A DNA stretch of 64,000 nucleotides from Kiritimatiellia bacterium (GTDB taxonomy: Bacteria; Verrucomicrobiota; Kiritimatiellia; RFP12; UBA1067): assembly GCA_017962315.1 (NCBI GenBank), contig JAGCVN010000069.1:975-64974 (forward strand), read 5' to 3'. Below the pieces are notes generated by a model. It saw only the letters and a list, made by a program, of their open reading frames with translations, was not told where the DNA came from and made no database searches. This document shows, one piece after another, positions 48,762 through 57,636 of this stretch (within the stretch, counting starts at the first letter, position 1; each line of letters starts with the position of its first letter). Both the position numbers and the translations under genes were made by a program.

Positions 48762-49850
48762 CTATCCGCATTTCAATACTTTCGCTACAAGCCACACACA
48801 GGCCGTCATCATAGCAGCGAAAAATGCATTTATGATAAACAAACAACAACTCAGAGAAACAGTCTTTACACAACCCAACACTACCGCCAACGGAAAGAAC
48901 ATTATTCCCCAAAGCGGATGTCTTGGTCGCGGATACAATATTTCATGCCAATCGGTAAGAAACCACGAATAATCCGCGTAGTCGTATCCATGAATCTGGA
49001 AGCGAGAAGCCGTCACATCATAATGTCTTCTAATCCATAACGCAAAAGCCAGATAGCCAAGCCACATTATGAACCATGGGGCACACTTAATCAAAGTTTT
49101 ACGTACAGAACCAGCGCACAAGACATGCAAACAAAGGTGTGTGCAACTGGCGATCGCCGCAACCACACCCCAATTTCTACGCCGGTAAAGCCAAAGGTCA
49201 TGGAGATTCCAACCTTTTGAATCTTTCATAGATCTCCAGCGCTCTTTCAATGTCAACCCAGTCAGCTCTGGTCTATTCGGATGTCCTTCCGTCTTACCTA
49301 CAACACCCGCACTTATGACTTCTATTCCCGCTCGCCTTGCCTGTATCGCATAGTCGCTGTCCGCCCATGCATGAGAATAGTCTCCGCAAATCATTCCCTG
49401 CCGCTCATATACTTTTCGCGGGACAAGGACACAGTTGCCAGTAAACAAACCATCAGGGCGTGTACCATATACAATCTCGCCATTAGCATTCTCCAATTCG
49501 CCGACGACAATCTTCTCGCCGTCGTTGGCAGCCAGCATCCTATCAACCGCATCCACCCGCAACTCCGTATCATCATTCAACCATAGGAAAGCATCCCAAT
49601 CATTTCTTTCTGCAACCGCCGCTTCCCATGCCTTTAACATTCCTTTCGCCCAATAAAGCTGTCCATTGCCATTAATGACATTGATCCTTTTGTCTTTCAA
49701 GTCAGCGACGGCTATCGCAGTTCCATCATGGGAGCCATCATCAACAAGATAAACTCTGGCATCTTCGCCAAGCTGCGGAAGTAGACGTGACAGGCAACCA
49801 AGAGTTGATTCCCTGCGATTATGACTGGTAATGAGAACTGCGAGTTTCAT
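48762..49850 (-). CDS. glycosyltransferase family 2 with hydrophobic C-terminal extension
   Basis: 362 aa with MKLAVLITSHNRRE, LVDDGSHDGT and WLNDD. The last ~130 aa are TM-like and may derive from a formerly separate membrane-protein gene. Confidence 0.65.
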   Translation of the reverse strand: MKLAVLITSHNRRESTLGCLSRLLPQLGEDARVYLVDDGSHDGTAIAVADLKDKRINVINGNGQLYWAKGMLKAWEAAVAERNDWDAFLWLNDDTELRVDAVDRMLAANDGEKIVVGELENANGEIVYGTRPDGLFTGNCVLVPRKVYERQGMICGDYSHAWADSDYAIQARRAGIEVISAGVVGKTEGHPNRPELTGLTLKERWRSMKDSKGWNLHDLWLYRRRNWGVVAAIASCTHLCLHVLCAGSVRKTLIKCAPWFIMWLGYLAFALWIRRHYDVTASRFQIHGYDYADYSWFLTDWHEILYPRPRHPLWGIMFFPLAVVLGCVKTVSLSCCLFIINAFFAAMMTACVWLVAKVLKCG

Positions 49851-50686
49851 CTAAACAGTTTATACCCCACAATCCCTACCCATTCATGCAAGGCAACACT
49901 GTTTCCCATGAACGCCCCAGGATCGGGCAGAAAATCCGATAAAGAAAACGGTCTTTCCGCCACAATGGAGTTTTCAAAATCTGCGGGTGCGCAGACAACT
50001 TCCACACTCGGCGCATATTTCTCGAACATCAAGCTTGCCCGCTTCATATGCCATGCACTCGTCACAAGTAAAATCTTCGGCCGCCTTCTCCCCCTCTCCA
50101 CCTCTACACGGCTCAACTCCTCCACTCTCAACTCACCTACTCCTCCACTCCCCGTTACAAGTTCTACACGGCTAAGAATCTCTCTTATACCCTTTGCCTC
50201 ATCCTCGGTGTTGCGAGCGTCCATAAAACAAACATCATCCTTGACAACGCCAAATTCAAGCAACAAGCCCAATGTACTGTCTATTGCATGATCCCCCGTT
50301 GCAATTACCTTCGTTGATTTTCCTGCCTTGTAAAGCCGTGCCGCCTGCCATACGCGATCAGCACTTCCCCACATTTCGGCATACGAGCTCAAGTTCGTCT
50401 CTACGCCCATACTACCACCGAGAAGAACGATGGCATCGGCCTTTGGAAACATCTCGACTGCCGGCACCTTGCCATCAACAAGAAACTCGCGTTCAAGAGG
50501 AACGCCAACAACCAAGCTCATGATCGGCGTCATCCATAGCCAAAACCAGACGACCGTCAATCCACCGAACCACTTGGCCGCGCGGCGATGCTCCCGCTTC
50601 GCACACAGGAAAGCAATCACCCCGCCAAAGATTGCAATGCCGATTGGGCTGATTAGGAAGCCGACGATTTTGTTGAGGTAATACAT
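49847..50686 (-). CDS. DUF218 (YdcF/ElyC-like) membrane-anchored protein
   Basis: 279 aa with N-terminal TM helices, VLLGG and LLVTSAWHMKRA. Contains a 60-bp in-frame insert. Confidence 0.7.
   Translation of the reverse strand: MYYLNKIVGFLISPIGIAIFGGVIAFLCAKREHRRAAKWFGGLTVVWFWLWMTPIMSLVVGVPLEREFLVDGKVPAVEMFPKADAIVLLGGSMGVETNLSSYAEMWGSADRVWQAARLYKAGKSTKVIATGDHAIDSTLGLLLEFGVVKDDVCFMDARNTEDEAKGIREILSRVELVTGSGGVGELRVEELSRVEVERGRRRPKILLVTSAWHMKRASLMFEKYAPSVEVVCAPADFENSIVAERPFSLSDFLPDPGAFMGNSVALHEWVGIVGYKLFR
50102..50172. repeat. 11-bp direct repeats (TCTACACGGCT) 60 nt apart, bracketing a low-complexity in-frame insert
   Basis: The copies lie at 50102-50112 and 50162-50172. The encoded peptide is SRVE...SRVE. 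Confidence 0.75.
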
Positions 50687-50773
50687 TTCCTCAGTTTGGC
50701 GTTAGTTGCTTAAAGGAATACACGAAAAGGTTTTAGCCGTATAGTAGTTTGCGCAGGAGTCACAAACTCTTGC

Positions 50774-51244
50774 TCATTCCGGAGGATCCTCCTCAGCTAT
50801 TCCAAGATCAGGATAATTTGCTTTCAACTTTTCAACAACTTCGGCACGAAGTGCTTTGGCAAAATCCACCAGTTCACTCGCCTCGGTCTCGCTTGCGCCG
50901 TTGACATAATCATACTCGACATGATTGCGTTTCACTCTACATGCATCAAGATACTCCGCATCCTGCTTCCTGTGTTCCCCGAGCGTATACTGAATCGACA
51001 GCAATGTCCTATAGTGCGCCAGTGCCTTTTCTGGCATAAAGCCGGCATCGTACAGCATCATCGTGCACAGTTTCAGAGCGGCATTGTATGCTATGCCAAA
51101 CCGCCAGTCTGCAGAAAGAGAATCTACCCCGGAATCGGCAATGTCCCGATCTGCTATCGCAAGCAGATTGCTAAGCTCCTCAAAACTGGTTTCATGCGGC
51201 TTCAACCACCCAAACTTATGCCAATCCTCCAAGCTCATCTTCAC
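50774..51244 (-). CDS. HEPN-domain toxin
   Basis: 156 aa, all-helical. Rx4H motif in RVKRNH. Overlaps the upstream nucleotidyltransferase gene. Confidence 0.65.
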   Translation of the reverse strand: MKMSLEDWHKFGWLKPHETSFEELSNLLAIADRDIADSGVDSLSADWRFGIAYNAALKLCTMMLYDAGFMPEKALAHYRTLLSIQYTLGEHRKQDAEYLDACRVKRNHVEYDYVNGASETEASELVDFAKALRAEVVEKLKANYPDLGIAEEDPPE

Positions 51245-51797
51245 TTCCCTTCAAGAATATCTTAGGCGAAGACATGACATCGCCGAGAAAATGATCGCCA
51301 GACGCGACACGGCGCTTGAACTCCTCCGGCGTGACGACATACGGATTTACCTCGAGCCCAATCCTGTTCGCCACTTCTCCTACTCGCGCGGCGATCTTTC
51401 GCAATCCTTCTCGGCCTACCACAAACACATCGCAGTCGCTATCCGCGCGCTCGCATCCCTTGGCGCGCGAACCATATATGAACACGACATCGTTATCGCT
51501 GTCGGCGAACGCCTCACGCAGGGCGGCTTCAGGCCCCGTAGTCTTCTGAACCAATTCAGTCAGCGCGGGATACAACGGAGAATCGACATTGGCACAGTAA
51601 TCAACCCTGTTCCCGTCCTTCTCTGCCCGCAGAAGACCGATCTTGACCAGAGCCTTGGCCTCGCGCATCAGGCTTGGTGCGCTCAATCCCGCGTTCCTGG
51701 CCAATTCGCGTATATGAATCCTGCGCTGTCTGCCGTCAAACAGCGCCGTAAGCAGGGCAACCTTACCCTTTGACCCTAACAGTGCGTCAATGACCAA
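51216..51797 (-). CDS. minimal nucleotidyltransferase (MNT) antitoxin with N-terminal wHTH
   Basis: 193 aa with GSRAKGCERADSDCD (GSx10-11DxD pattern). The N-terminal HTH is RRIHIRELARNAGLSAPSL. Confidence 0.7.
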   Translation of the reverse strand: MVIDALLGSKGKVALLTALFDGRQRRIHIRELARNAGLSAPSLMREAKALVKIGLLRAEKDGNRVDYCANVDSPLYPALTELVQKTTGPEAALREAFADSDNDVVFIYGSRAKGCERADSDCDVFVVGREGLRKIAARVGEVANRIGLEVNPYVVTPEEFKRRVASGDHFLGDVMSSPKIFLKGSEDELGGLA

Positions 51798-51889
51798 CTC
51801 AACACCCTTTCAAACATTGCCCCCAAAGCACCCATTGTTGCTTTTTAGGCACCAGCCATAGTTTACCATATTCTCTCCGCAATAGTGTA

Positions 51890-52155
51890 CTCTATCATGC
51901 CATCCTCAAGCATTTCCTTAATCCTCAGCTTGAGCTTCCACGATAGCGAATGCTGCCCAATTGCTATCGCAAGCTCCGCACTACTCAGTTCCATGGTTGC
52001 CAGGCTAGACAATATTCTTTCCTCAACCGACTTGGGCCCCGACTGGGTTCCTCCGTCGTTTTCCCAAGAACTGAATGCCTTGCGAATTTTCTGCTTCCCT
52101 TAGATCCTCTTCCGCAAACTCCTTCTGCACGCTCGATATGAATATCCTAAGGTTC
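51890..52155 (-). pseudogene. remnant of a larger gene: DUF4062-like N-terminus joined to a wHTH C-terminus
   Basis: The minus strand reads MNLRIFISSVQKEFAEE...AQVG-stop. Another frame then reads VEERILSSLATMELSSAELAIAIGQHSLSWKLKLRIKEMLEDGMIEYTIAE. The middle of the protein is missing. Confidence 0.4.
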
Positions 52156-52516
52156 ATTCCTGCCCTTTCACCTCAACATTGACCCCTCTTAAAGTCAACC
52201 ACGGAATACACGGAAAGATTTCAGCTCGGCTCTCGCGTTCGCTCGGCGTGTTCGCATCCCCATGGGTCGCGAACCCCCTCAAGGGGCGGTTATGTGTAGA
52301 GCGTGTAGCATTCACTATCCCGTTCATCATTCATATACAGTAAATCTTATACAGAAGGGTCTGACACTTTTACACCATACCACAAAATCGCGGCCAATTG
52401 CCGTGGCGTGAGAAAATTTCTCGCAAATGCCAGACTTCAGGTCGTTTACCCCATCAATTTTGAAAGAACCCGTTACCCACTCTCCCTTACAGATAACCAC
52501 AACTCCCAACTCAAAC

Positions 52517-53345
52517 TCACGACTTCATCCGCCCGATCTCCCGATCCACAATCCACCGATACCACAGTCCTTGCCAGAAGTGCCAGCGAAAGCCGGCGAT
52601 TCCATCAAGGAAGCCGAGCTTGAGGAAATAGCGGATGCAGAAGTAGACGACGGCCCGAAAATAGGGCGGCAGCCTGTAGTATTGATATTTCTTTCTCCGT
52701 TTTGTAGCAGCCTGACCATCAATCTTCACATTGACACTTGAGCCTCTTTTCAACTCTTGCATGATTTCAAGTGCATCCATCGCCTCACGCTTCGCGTAGC
52801 CGCGATGCTTCTCTTTCACCACTCAAAGGTGTTGAGATTATGATCCACAAAACCGTTTGCGAACTCAACCGCTCACCCTTCCGTTAGCTGTATGTGCGTA
52901 TCCATGCAGCGTTCCTCACAGAGTGCCTTGCCACTACGAAAAATCCGAAGCACCTTGACAGGGGAAATCCCGCGTTTCGCCCATCCGCCAAAAATCTAGT
53001 GCGCCGCTAACTTTCTACACCCGTTACATCCTTAGGAAGAGTTGGCAGTTTCTCCTGTATCTCTTTAATCGCTTCGGGCAAAAAGTATTCATCTGCATCA
53101 GGGAGCATAACCCATTCTGACGTTATCGACAGATTTTCAAGTACCCAATCTAACTGCGGCGCATATAAACCCGGCCATTCGCTTTGAACGACCAACGCGT
53201 TCATTTCGGCGGCAATCTTATCGTTGCCATCCGTCGAGAAGCAATCAACAACAAAGACCTGTCGTGCGCTAAGTTGTGCAAATTTTTCTAGACAACGTCT
53301 GATATGATTTTTTCGTCTTAGCAAGTATTTTAACGGATAGATCAA
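52517..53345 (-). pseudogene. glycosyltransferase family 2, disrupted
   Basis: The N-terminal part is ORF 53007-53345 and the C-terminal part is ORF 52517-52822. Between them there is a frame change near 53000, an in-frame TGA at 52873-52875 (LTEG-stop-AVEF), and a 1-nt deletion near 52820 (EWW read as TGGTGA). Confidence 0.75.
52535..52643. repeat. direct repeat copy A (GT2 3' end)
   Basis: About 83% identical to 57521-57628 over about 109 nt (19 differences by hand alignment). Confidence 0.75.
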
Positions 53346-53374
53346 TTATAAATCACTCCAGTTGTCGCACCATT

Positions 53375-54406
53375 CTATCGTCGTCCCCCCCAAAGCAGAC
53401 TCACGCGACTACCAACAACGTTCTTCAGCAAGTAGGACAAACAAAACGCAAAGCATAATCCGAAGCTGACTCGGCCCAACAACATCCACACGTTATCAGA
53501 ATCACGACCAAATACAAATGAAAAAAGCTGAAGACCGAAAACATGTGTGACATAAACAAGAAACGAGAGCGAGGCAAACTTGTTTGACCATGCATTTTTC
53601 GAGATAACCGACCAGACTGTAATGAGGCTCAAAGGTATAAATAACGGCTTAATGAGACAAAATGAGTGTCCCACATATCTTACTATCAGTGCACGTGCCA
53701 GAATCAGCGTAAAAGCCCCCCCACCTAGCAACATAATAGGTTTGCAACTTACTCTCTTGACATTCGTCCTTATCTTATCATCGTGAAGTAGAATACCACA
53801 GTAGAAGTAAAATACACCCTCGAAAGGAAATCCAATATGAACGCCAATAGGGCTTCCCTCACCCGGATTAAAGGTTAGGTACAAAGCAGCCAAGAAAATT
53901 AAAAGACTGGATTTAAAATGTTTGTATCCTGCGGAAAAGACAGGACTCACGAGTACCATTACAAACAAAAAACGCAGATACCAGAGCGGATACAACATCG
54001 GCAATTTCTCTGGCGACAATCCGAAAGCCAACAATATGCGCGAAAAAACAGGCATCTTCTGGGCTATCCTGTAGCAAACGGGACTATCCGGCGCAATCAT
54101 GTATAAAGCAGAGATGAACAAATAGAAAATCAATGACCACAGCACGTATGGAGTCAGCAATGTCTTAATACGCTTTCTGACCTCGGCAGAATACCAACAC
54201 TTGTCTGCAAAATGCTTGGATAAGAAATAACCAGAACAGATGAAGAAAAATGGTACGGCAATCCGAGATACACCCTCAGCGGTAAACTGATACATCCACC
54301 AGCCAGGGCTACCAACTACCGATGGTCTGCCAACATGGATGAAAGGCACAAGCATTGCGCACACAATGCTCATGTTCTTGATCTTATTACTAACGGTTTC
54401 CGACAT
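53375..54406 (-). CDS. acyltransferase family 3 (membrane O-acyl/acetyltransferase)
   Basis: 343 aa with about 10 TM segments and a typical N-terminus (...FIHV...RIAVPFFFICSGYFL). The start abuts the upstream stop. Confidence 0.75.
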   Translation of the reverse strand: MSETVSNKIKNMSIVCAMLVPFIHVGRPSVVGSPGWWMYQFTAEGVSRIAVPFFFICSGYFLSKHFADKCWYSAEVRKRIKTLLTPYVLWSLIFYLFISALYMIAPDSPVCYRIAQKMPVFSRILLAFGLSPEKLPMLYPLWYLRFLFVMVLVSPVFSAGYKHFKSSLLIFLAALYLTFNPGEGSPIGVHIGFPFEGVFYFYCGILLHDDKIRTNVKRVSCKPIMLLGGGAFTLILARALIVRYVGHSFCLIKPLFIPLSLITVWSVISKNAWSNKFASLSFLVYVTHVFGLQLFSFVFGRDSDNVWMLLGRVSFGLCFAFCLSYLLKNVVGSRVSLLWGGRR

Positions 54407-56122
54407 TTATTTCTTTGCCAATCCTTCCGGCTCCAAAACCAATGTCCAGGGATAATCTTTCGCCAACTTACGAAACGGAGAAGTTGCCTCAAAAAGAAAA
54501 TTGTCAAGTTTGTTCAATCGAAGCGTCCGTTCTAGCAATTTCTCATTAGGTGTTGCGTAGTCTTTATATCGGAACACCCCCCACTGGGAATTATGCAGTC
54601 CCAAGTTGACCACAATCACCCCATCCTTTTCGACTATATAGCCAGATGCCGGATATGCAGGCGAATTCAGCAATGTTATATCAGCGCACAGCCTGCTATA
54701 CGTCTGCAAATCTGGCATGGGTACAAGAAGTCCTATCTTTTCGCGGGCAACCATATAAATCTCCCGCGGAACTGAGATACACGACATGTTTGAATATGTC
54801 GTAAAAGGATAATTTATGAGCGGAAGTTGCCGGAACGGACGCAGATCTTCCCAACATGTTGGATAATGTTTCCATCCCCCAATTATCGCAACCGGCTTAT
54901 TGATTTTTAAACCGTATTTCTTCCACAGATCTTGCGCCACGATTGACATGTGCAACTTATCATGTTCCTTGACTTTCCAGTTGTAGTAATACAGCGTTGA
55001 GGTTTCATGCGCCAACCCCAATGCCACTATCGTCATTAAAACCGCAGTCAAAAGCCTTCTCGATGACATCTGAAGTAACAACATTCCCGACAAGGCAATC
55101 AGCGGCATAAAACAGTAAAACGTTCGCAGATTCGCAAAACTGCACTGAATCACGGGGAAAACAAACACCGACAACGCTACCCCTATCGAAGCCAATGCAC
55201 AATACCACTTTCGCTTAATACACCACACTATAGACATCGCGAAAAAGAAACATATCGCCACCAGAACACATCTCAAACCAAATACAAAAAAAGCATTATA
55301 CACCCAGTTCAGGACAAGGCCCACAAATAACGACTTGACATTTACCAAGAAAGAGTGATCGCCCGTAAACCAGTAAATGGTATCGTGAGCACCGCCAGAT
55401 TTAGGGATTTCTATGCCAATTAGCTTGGCAATCAACATCGGTCCGTGATTTATTACAAACCAAACGATAACCGAAGCGAACAAAATCCCTGCAATCTGCA
55501 TCCATTCCATTATGACAGTCTTGTTTCTGCCTTTCTGATCCAATACAACAATCCCCATAAGACCCGTCAGAAGGAGATTGACATGCGCTTGATAAACACT
55601 TGCCGAAATCGCACATAGCGCCACCACCAACGTCCAAAGGTATTTATTAAATTGTGTCCTCTTCAATTCAAGCCATCCCAACATGGCCAGTGCGTCACAA
55701 CAAAACGCCAAAGTCTCCGAAGGGAAAGCATGCTGGTAGATTGAGCGATTGAAGAAAAAAGGCGTCGATAGCCACAACGCAACACCAATCAATGAATGTC
55801 CTTTGTTGAATCCAAGTCGTTTAAATAACAACAAAATGAGCATCCCAGCGCAGGTCAAAAGTCCCAGTCCTACCACCAACGTCCAGAATGGGGTAAAGTC
55901 ATGAAAAACACCTGCCACCAAACCTTGGACGATGCGGTGCATAAAGAAATACGTGAGAAAAACCTGGAGAAAATCCCCCTTGGCAGCATTGAAATCATAA
56001 GCCGTCACAGGGTTAAGAAGCAACATACCGTAAACGGCAAAGACGACAAACGTAACGGCAAGGAATTGCCGCCATGATGTTGCCGAGAGTTCAACCCCTA
56101 CATTTCTCAAAAACGCCTTCAT
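54407..56122 (-). CDS. large polytopic membrane protein, GtrC-like (serotype-specific glycosyltransferase candidate)
   Basis: ORF 54407-56284. The ATG at 56122 follows the gtrB-like stop (56124-56126). Many TM helices plus a soluble C-terminal domain. The call rests on position after gtrA/gtrB. Confidence 0.55.
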   Translation of the reverse strand: MKAFLRNVGVELSATSWRQFLAVTFVVFAVYGMLLLNPVTAYDFNAAKGDFLQVFLTYFFMHRIVQGLVAGVFHDFTPFWTLVVGLGLLTCAGMLILLLFKRLGFNKGHSLIGVALWLSTPFFFNRSIYQHAFPSETLAFCCDALAMLGWLELKRTQFNKYLWTLVVALCAISASVYQAHVNLLLTGLMGIVVLDQKGRNKTVIMEWMQIAGILFASVIVWFVINHGPMLIAKLIGIEIPKSGGAHDTIYWFTGDHSFLVNVKSLFVGLVLNWVYNAFFVFGLRCVLVAICFFFAMSIVWCIKRKWYCALASIGVALSVFVFPVIQCSFANLRTFYCFMPLIALSGMLLLQMSSRRLLTAVLMTIVALGLAHETSTLYYYNWKVKEHDKLHMSIVAQDLWKKYGLKINKPVAIIGGWKHYPTCWEDLRPFRQLPLINYPFTTYSNMSCISVPREIYMVAREKIGLLVPMPDLQTYSRLCADITLLNSPAYPASGYIVEKDGVIVVNLGLHNSQWGVFRYKDYATPNEKLLERTLRLNKLDNFLFEATSPFRKLAKDYPWTLVLEPEGLAKK

Positions 56123-56123
56123 C

Positions 56124-57050
56124 TCAACCCTCCTCGCGAATGAAATACATAGGACGCCTCTTCGTCTCCAAATACACTTTAGAAAGGTATGCACCCAATA
56201 TTCCGAGACCAAACAACTGCAACCCCCCGAGAAATATGATGATACATGCCAACGACGGCCATCCGGCGACAGGATTCCCAACAATCAACGCCTTAATGTA
56301 TATCCACAGCAATGATATGAAAGCACCGACACAACACAGTATTCCAAGCCACGATGCGATTTGAAGCGGAGCTGTTGTAAAGGCCAGTATCCCATCAATT
56401 GCATATTTAAACAACTTCCAGAAACTCCATTTCGTTTCCCCCGCAACGCGTTCAATATTCTCAAACGCAATCCACTTCGTCTTAAAACCGACCCACTGGT
56501 AGATCCCTTTCGTGAAACGATTGTTTTCCGGCATAGAAACGATGGCGTCAACAACCTTTCGCGTCATCATCCGATAATCGCGCGCACCATCAACCAATTC
56601 GACATCGGAAAAATGCTTCATTAGCGAATAAAACCTTCTGGCAAACCAACTTCTTATAGGCGGTTCCCCTGCTCTTGTGCAACGTCGTGTGGCAACACAG
56701 TCATAGCCACTTTCTATTCCCTCCAACATCTGCGGAAGAAAGGACGGCGGATCTTGAAGATCAACATCCATCGTCACGACAATATCGCCTTTTGCCCCTT
56801 TCAATCCTGCCAGCAAAGCCGACTCTTTTCCGAAATTCCTGGAGAAAGAGATATATCGCAGAATTCCTTTTTCTTGCTTGGCAAGCTCCTTAATCTTTAC
56901 AAGCGTTTCATCTGTCGATCCGTCATCAACAAAAACAACTTCATACAACTGATTCGAAGGAACCGAGTCCTTAATTGCCTCGGAAAAAGCACTTACACAA
57001 GAGGCCTCATTGTAACACGGGCAGACAATCGACAGCAATTTAGCACTCAT
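56124..57050 (-). CDS. gtrB: polyprenyl-phosphate glycosyltransferase (GtrB/DPM1-like GT2)
   Basis: ORF 56124-57122. The ATG at 57050 gives MSAKLLSIVCPCYNEA. Also VDDGSTDET, MDVDLQDPP and two C-terminal TM helices. Confidence 0.8.
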   Translation of the reverse strand: MSAKLLSIVCPCYNEASCVSAFSEAIKDSVPSNQLYEVVFVDDGSTDETLVKIKELAKQEKGILRYISFSRNFGKESALLAGLKGAKGDIVVTMDVDLQDPPSFLPQMLEGIESGYDCVATRRCTRAGEPPIRSWFARRFYSLMKHFSDVELVDGARDYRMMTRKVVDAIVSMPENNRFTKGIYQWVGFKTKWIAFENIERVAGETKWSFWKLFKYAIDGILAFTTAPLQIASWLGILCCVGAFISLLWIYIKALIVGNPVAGWPSLACIIIFLGGLQLFGLGILGAYLSKVYLETKRRPMYFIREEG

Positions 57051-57486
57051 GTCCTTCTCCTTTTGCGAATATGAAACTCTTCTGACAAAGGAAATTCCAA
57101 ACCATGGCAACTCCAGCAGCAAAGATCTTAACTGCTACATAGTGAAAACCAAGTCGCACAGCACCAACCCACAAAAGCAATTCATTTATTGCCAGTCCAA
57201 TCACATTTGTAACGACAAAGAGAACGCAAGCTAAGAAATGCTCCCGTACAGTATTCACCCGATGTTCTCTAAACACCCAAAATGCAGTCAAAGCATAATG
57301 AACGGCAAGACTGACGAGGAATGCGATTGCAGTTGATATAAATAATCCACCGCTAATGTTACTAAATAGCGTCTCTTGCAGGATGATAAGCGTTACGATG
57401 TCAACGGAAAAAGAAACCCCACCTACGGCAACAAATCGAAGCATTTCCGAGACGGTTGCTTTATCTATTATTCTTTTCGTACGCAC
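57040..57486 (-). CDS. gtrA: GtrA-family small membrane protein (lipid-linked sugar translocase-like)
   Basis: 148 aa with four TM segments, RFVAVGGVSFSVD and NFLCQKSFIF. Confidence 0.78.
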   Translation of the reverse strand: MRTKRIIDKATVSEMLRFVAVGGVSFSVDIVTLIILQETLFSNISGGLFISTAIAFLVSLAVHYALTAFWVFREHRVNTVREHFLACVLFVVTNVIGLAINELLLWVGAVRLGFHYVAVKIFAAGVAMVWNFLCQKSFIFAKGEGHEC

Positions 57487-57636
57487 CGATTATCGACTTC
57501 TTGTGGTGTATCAACTTTGCGATCTCCCGACCCACGATCCACGGATACCACAAACCTTGCAATCGTGCCAATGGGAACCGGCGATTCCATTAAGGAAGCC
57601 GAGCCTGAGGAAATAGCAGCCGCAGAAGGCATGGTT
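57487..57636 (-). pseudogene. 3'-terminal fragment of a GT2 gene (about 50 codons, frameshifted)
   Basis: The minus strand reads YFLRLGFLNGIAG.., then shifts frame to ..LQGLWYPWIVGREI. It is homologous to the C-terminus of the 52517-53345 gene. The 5' part is absent, and the UXS stop lies immediately upstream. Confidence 0.65.
57521..57628. repeat. direct repeat copy B (GT2 3' end)
   Basis: See copy A at 52535-52643. Confidence 0.75.

Noticed and set aside
52261-52300. tRNA-like T-arm (GGGGGTTCGCGACCC on the minus strand) as a possible tRNA fragment or att site
   Set aside because: The stem is only 3-4 bp after inspection. There is no acceptor stem, no CCA context and no adjacent integrase.
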